From NCBI GenBank assembly GCA_951406725.2, contig OX597821.1, positions 29,512,001 through 29,576,000 of the forward strand: DNA of 64,000 bases, read 5' to 3'. A model generated the notes under the pieces. The model was not told where the DNA came from, searched no databases, and was given only the letters and a program-made list of their open reading frames with translations. Below, piece by piece: positions 28,897 to 41,197 of this stretch (its first letter is position 1; the number at the start of each line of letters is the position of its first letter). Source of the DNA: Octopus vulgaris (taxonomy: Eukaryota). A program made the translations under genes and the position numbers.

Positions 28897-29286
28897 AAGT
28901 GTATATAGAAGCAGAAATGGCTATATGGTATAAAAATATATTTTGCAACAACATTGTTTCAGCTTCTATCCCTATATACTGCATTATGGGCAAGTGTCTA
29001 CTACTATAGCCTTGCTCAGGTCAATATTTTGTGAGTCAAATATAATAGGCAGAAACCGTATGGAATTGCATTAAATGGAAGTATGTGTCTTTGTGTTGCT
29101 TCACATTGATACTGCATGGTGATGTTTATGTGTCACATAAATATTATGGCATAACAGCTCAGTTCAACATATGAAGACCAGTGAAATAAACTACCCGCTT
29201 CATGAACAGTGGCTGTGTACAATACAGTCTCAAAATGCTTTTATCTAACCCTAAGCTATATGGAAGAGGTAGACATGATGATGATA

Positions 29287-29531
29287 AGGAGGATGGGGAG
29301 GGGATAGAAGGGGAGGGAGAGAAGAGAGAGAGAGAGAAGGAGGGAGAAGAGAGGGAGGAGGGAGAGGAGAGGGAGAGGTGAGGAAGAAGGGGAGAATGGA
29401 GGGGGGAGAAGGGGATGAGGGGAGAGGAGGGAGAGGAGGGGATGAAGGGAGAGGAAGGAGAGGAAGGGAGAGGGGAGGGGAGAGGAGGAGGAGAGGGAGA
29501 GGAGGCGGGGAGATGAGGGGAGGAGGAGGGT
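29287..29531. repeat. Polypurine (GGA/GA) tract
   Basis: About 245 bp almost exclusively G/A on the + strand. Confidence 0.9.
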
Positions 29532-30979
29532 GTATATGCATGCATAAGTATGTTTGCATACATATGGGTGTATGTATACAAATGTATGTGTGTATGTATA
29601 CAAATACATATGTGCATATATTTTTATGTATGCATTAATTTCTTTCTACTTTGTACTGTATGCTTATGTGCGTACGAGTGTGTATGTATACATAAACAGA
29701 TATGTTTATTTTTTATGTATGTTTTATGTGTGTGTTTGAATGTGTCACTGTATGTATGTATGTATAGATATACGTATTAATATTTTTAAGTATGGGTGTA
29801 TGATTACATGCTAAAGTAAGGTTATTGTTAAAAAGTAATTTCAAAAGTAACATCAGAAATATTTACTGATAGGCCGACTGCATGCTGAGAGTAGTGTCAA
29901 AGTTATTGTGAAGTCCCAGTCAACTTGACCTTCACAATATATATGTGCGTATATGTGTGTGTATACGCATGCTTATGAATAAACACGAGTACACACACAC
30001 ATACACATAATGTAGGAATATATGCATGCATGTGTATTTGTGTGAGAGTGTGCGAGGTAGAGCTACAAAACATTTCTATATTCTGGGTCACTGCGTTCTG
30101 TATTTGAATGTCACAAAGATCAACTCTACATCTGGTTCCAGGTGGAGAAGGGAAAATTGGAAGTGTGATAAAGATAAACAACTATTAAAATACTGAAGTC
30201 CATTCATCTCCCTTCTGTCTCCCTCTCACTTTCTCAATAGTAGCTGTGCTAAAGCTAGAGCCCCAGGATTGTAGGAAACCACTCACAATATCTATGAAAT
30301 CGGGGGGTGGGGAAGAAAAGACAGTAGACCCCATCTTACATAATTACAAGTCTCCAATGAGCCAAGGATGTACCACCCACCCTCCAAGAGTTGTTAGCAG
30401 GGTTGCAGATGAGGATGATACATATTTATGTCTGTCTGATAGTTTCATGCATGGTGGGGTTGTTTTGTTTTGTGGATGGGGTGTTATGTTCTCCCCTAGA
30501 GGTCTACTTCGTATCATCATTGTTGCTGTTTCTCAACCAATTTTTTTTCTTTTCTTTTAGCAAAGATATTTTCTTTCCCATGTCTGCTTTCCTTTTTTTC
30601 TTTTTTCTTTTTTTTTTTTCTGCCTGTCTCCTTAGCTTTCCTCTTTATGTTTCACTTGAAATAATATTAACAGCAGACAGACAAGATGTTTAAGAAAGAT
30701 GACAGATGTTGAATATATATATCTCTTTATCTTACAATAGTTTCGGGAAGGCTGATGATATCATGACCAATGTTGTTATAATTGTTGTTGTTATTGTTCT
30801 TATTATTATTATTAGTGTAGAGTTTTCAAAGCTGATTTTTTTTTACTCCCTGCCAGTTTATGTTTTTTTATATATATACTGAGTCTGAAAAATGGCAAAA
30901 TAAATGACCAATCAAGAGAAGGTATACACTTCAATTTCAATCTCTCTCTCACTTCGGAGGAATGAACTAAATTCTTTAG

Positions 30980-31582
30980 TACTGTAATATAGAGTAGTGT
31001 GTGCCATACTATACTTAAATTGTAATACTATACAACATAGTGCTATAGCATAATAGAGTATGGTACCATAACCATGCTATATTCTACTACATTATACTAC
31101 ACTCTGTACAGCACTGTACTATACTATACTGTATAACATAATACTAAATACTATACAGTACCATATTATACCATAGAATTGTTGTGTTGTACTACAGTTA
31201 CTGTAAAATACAGCACAGTACAGTGGTATACGATACTGCTCTATATTATACACTACTCTATAGCAATACTGCATTATACTGCACACTACATCACTGTTTA
31301 CTATATTATATGGTACAGTATTGTACTATATCATACTGCCCAGAACAATACGGCACTTATATTGTGCTGTAGTATACTATATTGTATTATACAGTATTGT
31401 TCCGACTATGCTATGCAGTACTAGGGTATACTATATAGTACTATATTACATCATACAGTACAATGCTATGCCATAGAATTCTAAGCTATACCATACAATA
31501 CTATACGACACCATACAATACTATATTCTTCTGTAGACTATTATGCTATACCAAACAGTACAAATACTATATGTAACATACA
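30980..31582. repeat. Degenerate 5-bp-period satellite (TACTA/TACAG/TACCA variants)
   Basis: Recurrent TAC-N-N pentamers over about 600 bp. Confidence 0.75.
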
Positions 31583-32176
31583 GAGCCAGTTCTGTCCACA
31601 TTTAAGCAACAATCCAAGAAAGATAGTGGTGGTTTCCTCAACAAGTGCAATGTAACTATCAAGGAATTTTTATTGTAGAATGTAAAAGTGGTTTTCCCAC
31701 TACCTTCCTTGTTTTCAACACAGACAAGCTTGTCCTATTGTCTTGGATGCTCTGAACACAAAGATACAGAACAATTATTATCCAATGCTCTAACACCACC
31801 AGTTCACTGCTCCAGTATGATACTTTACTTCCATTCCTCAGCCATAGCAAATTGAAAGGCCAACGTGCCCATGGAGGACTTTCAATTTCCAGAATATAAA
31901 GAGCAAAAACAAAATGTCTATTGCAGAAACAGTCCTGTCAATTTGCTGCCATCAATATCAAGAGGAAAATAGATATGTTTAATAATCAGTGAAAGTAGAC
32001 TTCTACCATTTAACAACTAAAACATCATACTAATTAGTTTTCTTTCTTCAATATTATTAATCATAATTCGTTCTATTCAGAAAGAAGTCTTTATTTCAAT
32101 GTTCATTCCATATTCAATCATACAATCTCCACTGGTTGCTTTTGTTTCTTTTTCTTTATTGTTGTTTTTCCTTTCA

Positions 32177-32231
<55 letters not shown>

Positions 32232-32367
32232 CATATATACACATACATATATACATATGGATCAATAGCTCCTTTCACTGACCCCAATACATGTTTTATT
32301 TAAGATCTATTGTGCAAATACACATATGTGAGTAAATAAGAGTGCTTGCATTAAAAATATACCTATG

Positions 32368-32680
32368 TCATCATCACCATCATTTTAACATCTACTTTTA
32401 CACTTCCATGGGTTGGACAGAGTTTATTGAGGCATATGTTCTGCAACTGAGTGCTCTTCCAGTAGCCAACCTTCACCTACTTCCAAGCAAGGCCACAAAA
32501 TATTAGAAATGAATGACACTTTATAACAATGACAATCATTTACAACTATCACACAACACCAAGATAAGAGACACAAACACACACACATAAATACGTACAA
32601 CAAGCTTCTTTCAGTTTCCACCTAATAAATCCATTTAAAAGGCTTTGGTTGGCCCAAGGCAAAACTAGAAGACAATTCCA
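32368..32680 (-). mobile_element. Old chimeric SINE
   Basis: (ATC)n tail, degenerate body, then family A central domain. Confidence 0.65.
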
Positions 32681-33457
32681 AACAAAGCAATGCCTATGTG
32701 TATCAGATATCTTCAAAACCCATAAAAGATTTCTTATGAATAAGGATCAAAACCAAAATCTAATTCTGGTTAGAGAATAGTGACAAACAGAAGACAGAAA
32801 CTAGACTATTGCAATAAGGTACATTTTTACACTGTCAACAAAGTAAGAATGCACCTTTTGATGCAAATCTGATGAAGTGTCACACTAATGTGTAATATTG
32901 CAAATATTATGTAACTTTCCACAAGGAACTTTTTCATATAATGGCATTAAAAAGAGAGTAGTACAGAAACAATTGTAACTTATCAATAGCTGTTTGTTTG
33001 TTTACTTATTTGGGTTATATATATATATATATATACATACATCCAAGTTTACTCAATAACTAAAAAGCAGTATAGGAATATATACTGATCTGTTGTCTAG
33101 GCATAAGGCTCTAATGGAAAACCTATAATAAAATAAGTATGCTGCAAGATCAGAAGAATCACGGGTGCGTGTGTGTGTGTGTGTGTGAGTGTGTGCACGC
33201 ATGTGTAGTGTGTGCATGTGTGCATGAAAATAGGCTAAAACAATATAGTAAAACTTTTAATTGAAACATATAGGAGAAAAAATAATCAGCAAGATACTTC
33301 AAATAAGTTGTAGTGTTGCTGTAGGGTGGCCGAAACCATATTAGTTGGATCCAACAAGGGAACTTACGGTGTGAGTCAGTGCAAGCATTTATTTATTTGC
33401 CAGGGGTTAAAAAAAACATTGGTAGAACAAGAAAGAGAAAATCTAATGGGAGGAGGT

Positions 33458-33508
<51 letters not shown>

Positions 33509-34562
33509 GTATATAAAGTATTTAGTCTACCTTTGAGATTGAGGAGTACAAATGTGTGTTGTGTATGGTTGCGATAACTGTGTTAATGAAAGAATATAGT
33601 AACCACACACACACCTTTCTTACACACATACATGTCTAAGAAAATGTGTGGTGCCTTGTGTGTGTGTGTGTGTAGTTACGTGCAAAACAGAGGTATATGT
33701 TATATATACGTATGTGTGTGTGTGTGTGTGTGCTTGCGCATGCACGCATATGTAATGTATTCGCATGTTTATGTGTTTCTAAGTGAAAGAAAAAGCATAT
33801 TTCTAGACATAGTTAAAATGTTTGTGCATATGTGGACATGTTTGATTAAGTAAATATATACAAATATGATAGGGATACCGTGCAGAACATCTATCAATCT
33901 ATCTATATCTATATACACGCATATATATACATTTCTATATACACACACACACATTTGTATACATACATACACACATACATATATAGACACACACACACAT
34001 TTGTATACATATATATATATATAAATATACACACACATACAATTCTAGACATATTTATATGTACATACTTATATTACGTAGTCCTCTCTTTCTCATATAA
34101 AGAATAGATGTTGAGATTAAAAGAAATATTTTAATTTGTAGCTACCTAGCATTAAATTAACACAAAATTTCACAACTCCACATATAAAAATACACTAGCA
34201 TATAAAACTTCTTACCCCAAGTATAAATATATTAGAGTGCATGTATATATATATATATACATAAACAACTACATGCATTTCATATAAGTTTGAATTGTAT
34301 GTACACCTACTTATTTATGTAAACAAATATACTTATTTTCTTTGGCAATACACAAACAATTTACTTACATTTATCTATATAGCTATGTATACACACACTC
34401 ACACACACCTATAGATACCTACTTTCTTGAAATGCTCTGTTTGTTTACATGCATAAGTGTGCAACTTCGTATCTTACCCACATTTTTATAAATCACTGTT
34501 TGATGACATACATAAGTATTATAAAATTTTACGTACATATGTATATTAGAGAAGAGTGTAAG

Positions 34563-34602
<40 letters not shown>

Positions 34603-34681
34603 TATAAATCCACACACACACATACATATATATACTAGCTTTATATGTATATAGATATTTATTTATACACACAGACACACA

Positions 34682-34750
<69 letters not shown>

Positions 34751-35711
34751 AAGATAGATAGATAGATAGATACACACACACACACGCACACGCACATTTA
34801 TATATACATAATTCTCTTGCACTTAGGTGAACTTGGTTGTCTTCTAGTCTAAACTGTTGGTGTCGTCTTGTTTGTTGTAGTTGTTATTGTTCTTGCCTTT
34901 GCTACTTTTTGCTATCTTATGCAATTTCATTGTTGTTGTAGTTGCTGCTTCAGTTGATGCTGTTTGTAAAGATTGATGCTTTAAAACACCAACAACATCA
35001 CCACTTCCAATATTTATTTATTTCATTTTATTTCCATTTCATTTGTTTGTTTATTACCTTACTATTTTTGCTGCACTTTTTGCTTCCTGTTTTACCAACT
35101 CTAAATATTTCCATTAGGAAAGCTAGTAAAGTTAAAGAACTAGCATTAAAGGAAAAGTTGAAATACAAAACTTTTATACACACTCACATTCTCCACAACA
35201 CAGTCTTTTTCTCTACTAATCGAAACAGCTACGTACATATATATACATACAATAAGGGAAAAACCATACACTTGTTAGAATGGTAACACAACATTTTTCT
35301 TTCTTTCTTTTGTAAACTCGAACATTAAACAAAACTAATGTAAAAGTAAATGTACTGATCAACAACATGAAAAGTAAATAAACAAAACGACAAACAACAT
35401 AGAAGGTAGAGAAATAAAATCACAAATAAACAGACAGCCAAACAACAATAATATGGTGTGAATGAACAGAAAATCAACAAAATAAGATTAGTAACATTAA
35501 TCAACAGCTAAAACAAATGCACTGCAATACCATCATCATCATCATCATTACAAGTCTGCATTTCATGTGGCAGAGTATAAAATAAACGAATTCTGGTTCT
35601 ATGCACCTTGAGTTCAACTCCTGCTGTGGTCATCTTTGCCTTTCATAATTTCAGGGACAATAGTATAGGACAGTGGATTATAGTATTGCTGAAGAACCAA
35701 GCAGGAATACC

Positions 35712-36136
35712 GGATCTGTTCGGTTTGAACGGCAGTTTTTTCTAGCGGTGTCATATGAAATTGTCACCCATAATTATGACCCTAGTATCGATCTATTGCA
35801 TTTCAATCTCTTTTAGGGTTAGGGTTGGTTAGGGTTAGGGGGGAAGGGTATCTTTTTTTCTTCACAAATGTAAAGTAAATAAACCCAATCTGTTTCTTAA
35901 ACGAGGGACATATTCATACGGCACAGAATGGTTTTTAACTCAATAGACGTCACTGATTGGTTGAAATTGCAGAAATTGAAGTAAAAAACAACAAATATCT
36001 TACAAACTATAGAATTTTCTCAATAAAGCAAAGAGAAAAAGATGTTTTATAAACACATTCTATCAGTATACGAAGTTTAAAATTTTTAGTTACCTAGAAA
36101 TTATGTTAAAAACTGCTGTTCAAACCGAAATGATCC
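35712..36136. mobile_element. Second copy of the Merlin-like MITE with internal TTAGGG repeats
   Basis: GGATC..GATCC termini; TSD GGAATACC (35704-35711) / AGAATACC (36137-36144); interior highly similar to 11122-11550. Confidence 0.9.
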
Positions 36137-38056
36137 AGAATACCTTATGGTGAATCACGCCTGGCTCTTTGTAATCTGAGTTGTTGGATGGTAGACTTAA
36201 TCCATCACCCAGTTTGATACCCCCACTTGGTCCTTGGGTATTTTTAGCAGCACTCACTCTGTTGCAGGCATCCAGGCTAGGACTTGACAGCAGCCATAGA
36301 ACATGACTGTGATCAAGGGTGCGCTGGCCAAGACCAGTCCATTTTTTTCCTGACAAAACAATTCTAAAACTACATTACATAATGCATGTGGTTTGGGGAT
36401 TTCTTTGTGAGCATTCTGAAGGAGATTTATTTGACATTTCTAACAAGGTATGCACCCACACGAAGACTTACTGCCTAAGAAACCCTATGTTTAAAACATT
36501 CCCAGTTCTATTTTAGTTCATGTAAGAGTTTGAGGAGATATGATATATAGTCAAAGTTCATATTTTATGGGCACAGTAGAAATGGCTCCAGGTTCAATAT
36601 TACAGCTTGGTTCCTAGTGCAAATGATTTTTGTCACAGCCTCAGGTTGGCTAATAGTTTGGATGTAGGTGAAATGACCAAGAGATCTGAGTAGTTGATAG
36701 AACCCTGCTATAGCAGGATATTACTATTACTCTTGAGCAGATGGTAGTAAACTCCAGTTAAATTAAAAATATATGTCCTGGCTTGAGTTTAGATTTATTT
36801 AGTCAAAGTGATGATGAAGATAAAAATGATGACTGGTGGTGGTTTTGATGAGAATGACAATGATGATGTAAGTATAATGACAATGATAACAACAATGTTA
36901 CTGCTACTGACGAAGATGATGATGATGATGATAGCAATGAAATTATGGTGATTTTCATCATAGAGATAATAACTGAGAATGATGTAAAGAAATATTTTAG
37001 TATTGACAAACATGTTAGGAGTAACAAATATAAAGAAAAAATACACAATAAAAGAAAAAGCAACAAGAATATTTCCAAAATACACATAAATAAATAAGTA
37101 GCCCTCTCTCTTTTTCTCTCTCTCTCACACACACAAATCCTACATTAGCTAGATATGAATGGATAATTTATTTTTAAAGGAAGCTATTTTGTAGGCCATA
37201 CTCTGTTATCCTTCTGCTTTGGAAATAGAATCAACCAGTGTGGGTTAAGTGGAAACATCAGCGGGGATACACGGAAAGATGGGAGGGGGAACATACATGA
37301 GTGCGTGCTGAGTGCGTATTTAGTGCATGTGTGTAGAGTAATATAGTGCATCAATTCGTGAGACGGAGAGAGAGAGAGTGGGGAACTGAGGGGAAAGTTA
37401 GGATTCTTTAAGGGTTTGTGTGACAATATGTAAAAATGTGTGTGTGTGTGTGTGTGTGATTGAGAGAGTGAGAGAGAGATGAGAAATAAAGATGTGAAGG
37501 TGTCAAAAATGTGAACTGAGCTGTAAATTTATTGGATGTGTCTATTGAATTTACAAGAGTAATGCATGAGAGGCAGAGAAACAAATGGAGAGAGAGAGAG
37601 AGAGAAACAGAGAGAGAAAGAAAGAGACAGAGGTAGAAAAGAGAGAAAGGGATGAGCAAAATACACAAGACAAAATGAGAGAATATACGTGAAAGGGTAC
37701 ATATGCACATATGGTGTGTTTGTGTTGAGTGAGTGAGTCAGTGAGAGAGAGAGTGATTTAGAGAGAGTGAGAGAGAATGCGTGTGTGTGTATGTGTGCAC
37801 ACGTGTGTGTGTGTGTGTGTGTGTGTGGCAACAATACTCTCAAATGCAGACACTGAAAGATTCTATTTCTACATAGAATGTGTAGGATTGAAGGCTATCA
37901 GTTGCAGTTTGGAAAACAACAACAACATCACTACAGAAAACAATTTAACACAATTTTTTTTTTTTTGTTTAAAGCATGAAAAATTCAAAATTTAATAATA
38001 AAAATAACACCTACCAACTCTCAATATTGTCAGTATTATTATTATATATTTATTAA

Positions 38057-38099
<43 letters not shown>

Positions 38100-38283
38100 T
38101 TCAAATAAATTTTATTTTTATTTGAAATACCACCTTCGGCTGCTATTGCAGAGATGGAGATTTTCTTTAAGAATTTAATGCCAAATATTAGGAACCATGG
38201 GATGCAGCCAAGTACAAAGAATCATGGGGAAAAAATAAAGCATGAAATAACAAAGATAAAAAAAAGTCACTACATGTGCATGT

Positions 38284-38315
<32 letters not shown>

Positions 38316-38430
38316 TTGTATATAAAATATCTTTGGAATGTAGAAAAAAACAAATATATATAAGATAATTTGAAGTAAACTAAAATTTTTCCCTTTCAAA
38401 CACATACACACACAACTTTACATGTATATA

Positions 38431-38462
<32 letters not shown>

Positions 38463-39801
38463 CACACACACACACAAGCTATCTTACAGCAAAGAATAAG
38501 AAGGAAAAATTGAAAATAGAAATTTACAGGAAATTATGGAATGCCACATGAGGATATTCCCTGCTAAGAAAGAGATTAGTCAGTTGTGAATTATGGAATT
38601 TCTTTTGAAATTCTTCCATTTCTATGTTCATTTTATTGCTTTTTATTATTATTTTCGCAGTTACCAATTTTGTTTTATCTTCCTACAAACACACACATGC
38701 ACATAAATGCTTAAATGCATACAGGTCTATGCATGCATGCATGCTTGCATATAGGCATGCATGCATGCATGCACACATGCAGTTCCTCACCAATTTCCAT
38801 GCTTGAATGATACTGCATCTTAAACAGTGCTTTACATGAATGCATCCAACAAGTTTCAGGAAAGGTAAAAGAAGACAGTGACGGTGGTGGTAGTGGCTGT
38901 GACAGTGGTGGCAGTAATGGTGGCGCCACTGCTGAATGGCCATCACTGTAATACTCTCACGTTTTGTCACATCACACTATTGAGGTTAGAATCATATGAC
39001 AAATCTTGACACACAAGGGACGTAGGCAAGTTATATTGAGCTTTATGTTTCTTCTGCTGCCACTTTAACTGTAGTTACCAAATCGGTTCCTAAGTTATAT
39101 TAGACCCACTTAAATCTACTTGCTTTGTATGTCAAAACTTGAAGCAATATATTGTAGTATAACAGTATTAAGCTGGTAACACTCAAGACCAGAGATCAAA
39201 TTTACCCCCAGGTATCAGGTTATACATTTGAGCAAAGTATAAACATAGAATGTTAAATTCTACCTGTTCAACACACCCAAATTCGTTGTCATAGAATTTG
39301 CGAATATAATATCATTTAAATAATGTTAACATCACCAAAACAGCAAAAACAACAATAAAATTAAAACAACTGAAGAAATGAATAAACAACAAAAGCCTAC
39401 ATATATGAACTGTTTGAAAACACTTGAGTAGATACAGCAGAAATCTGAGTATAATGCATAGAAAACACAAAAACTGATCACATAACTCCGACATGGAACA
39501 ATAGAAACATAAACAATAATTAATTCCATTTATAATTTGTTTAATGTCTGTTTTTCCATGCTGGCATGTGTTGAATGGGGATGTATCTGATGCAATGTTT
39601 TACAGTCAGATGTTCTGCTTGTTGCCAACACTAATCTGTTTTTCAAGTAAGGGATATTTATTTCCTAAGCCACAAATCTTTGAAAGTTCAGAGTGACTGT
39701 TCATAATGTTAAAGAATGTAAACATATTTTGTTCAATTAAGACTATAGGACATCAACATGCAAACACACACCACACACACACATATATATATATATATAT
39801 A

Positions 39802-40212
39802 CATCTGATATAGGATAAAATTTTTCTAAAAAATTTTTATCAATGGCCAGCATATTAAAAAATACCTTTAAAGGTTAAATTTATAAATAACTTATATAAC
39901 AAGGGCAAAAGAAAAAAAATTCTAATGCCAAATATGCCAAAAATAGACAAATTGTCAATAACCATTATAATTTATCACTATTAACATGCGTCTCGAAACT
40001 AGCCGACAGAAATTTCTAAAAAATTCCGTTATTACTGTATTGGTCCCAATTTGAGAGTTAATTCATAAGAATTTTCTCCTCGTCAGCGATAAATACGTAA
40101 GACATAAATGAAATACTTACTCATACCCATGGAAAAAGCAAGCACTAAGTCATGAGCAGACCTATGTACCCCAAATATATCTAAAATAGAAAATCTTCAG
40201 CATATCTCAAGA
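39802..40212 (-). mobile_element. Probable Penelope-like pLTR fragment between microsatellites
   Basis: Bounded by (TA)n/(CA)n; contains minus-strand TTTATCG-CTGACGA and a decayed GAGACGCATGT..GTGATAAA. Confidence 0.4.
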
Positions 40213-40304
40213 CACACACACACATATATATATTTATATATATATATATTAAATAGATTTCGCATAGCAAGTAATTTGATCTGAGATCGTGTGCTGAAAC
40301 GAAA

Positions 40305-40584
40305 ACAATTGCAGCGTGGAAGGTGTTTATAAGCCATTTAAGAAACACACAAAAGCCGTTCGATTCACTTCAACATTTAAGTTTAATTTGTCAAAATTTT
40401 TCGTCGCTAAAATCCGCGACCTGTTCACTGACAAAGTCCGTGCAGCACGGACTTTGTCAGTGAACAGGTCGCGGATTTTAGCGACGAAAAAATTTTGACA
40501 AATTAAACTTAAATGTTGAAGTGAATCGAACGGCTTTTGTGTGTTTCTTAAATGGCTTATAAACACCTTCCACGCTGCAATTGT
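40305..40584. repeat. Near-perfect palindrome, arms 139/140 bp, 1-nt centre (40444)
   Basis: Arms are exact reverse complements except one extra A in a homopolymer (T5 versus A6). Confidence 0.97.
40453..40502 (+). ncRNA. Minimal type-I hammerhead-like motif, G3-C8 variant (mirror copy on - strand at 40387-40435)
   Basis: TTTGTCA-GTGAACA-G-GTCGC-GGATTTTA-GCGAC-GAAA-AAATTT-TGACAAA: 7-bp helix I, 5-bp helix II, rudimentary helix III. Confidence 0.6.
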
Positions 40585-41163
40585 ATATATATATATATAT
40601 TATATATATAGTAATACTAAGCAATTAAGGGTTTAGCAACGAATTGCCTTACCACACACCGAATTTAGAAATAGCAGTCAAAGAGATTATAGCTATTTCT
40701 TCTACTAAAAGGGAGATCACAGTAAAGACACAGTACCTGAAAGGCAAACACAAACAGGTAAGAGAGCATGAATTAACGGCAATCTATCATACAGTTTTAA
40801 GTCACCTACGGACGTACGTTTCGAGATATATATTAAATAGATTTCCACAGATTCTATTCACCAAATTCATTAATAAGACATTAGTTGGCCCAGGGTTGAT
40901 TAAGTTTTTGGGAAGTGTGGCTGGACATGAACCCACTTGTTTGTGGAAATTAACTTCTTATCTACATGCCAGTGCCTTAGTGATAATCAGAATGTATTGT
41001 TTTAATTATGAAGCATTAACACAAGGCTATACATTTTGGGGGTTGGAAACTAGAGTTAACTCAGCCCCAGTACCTATCAGTTATTTTATCAATCCTATCA
41101 ATCTTGTTATTTTATCAGTCAATGCTCTAACAAGTTCTGATAGTAAGAGAAGACTTCCAAAAT

Positions 41164-41197
<34 letters not shown>

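Larger units (their letters stand above)
40262..40825. mobile_element. Composite Penelope/retrozyme-like insertion bracketed by a 20-bp direct repeat
   Basis: ATATATATTAAATAGATTTC at 40242-40261 and 40826-40845; interrupts an old minus-strand SINE whose head resumes at 40846. Confidence 0.65.
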
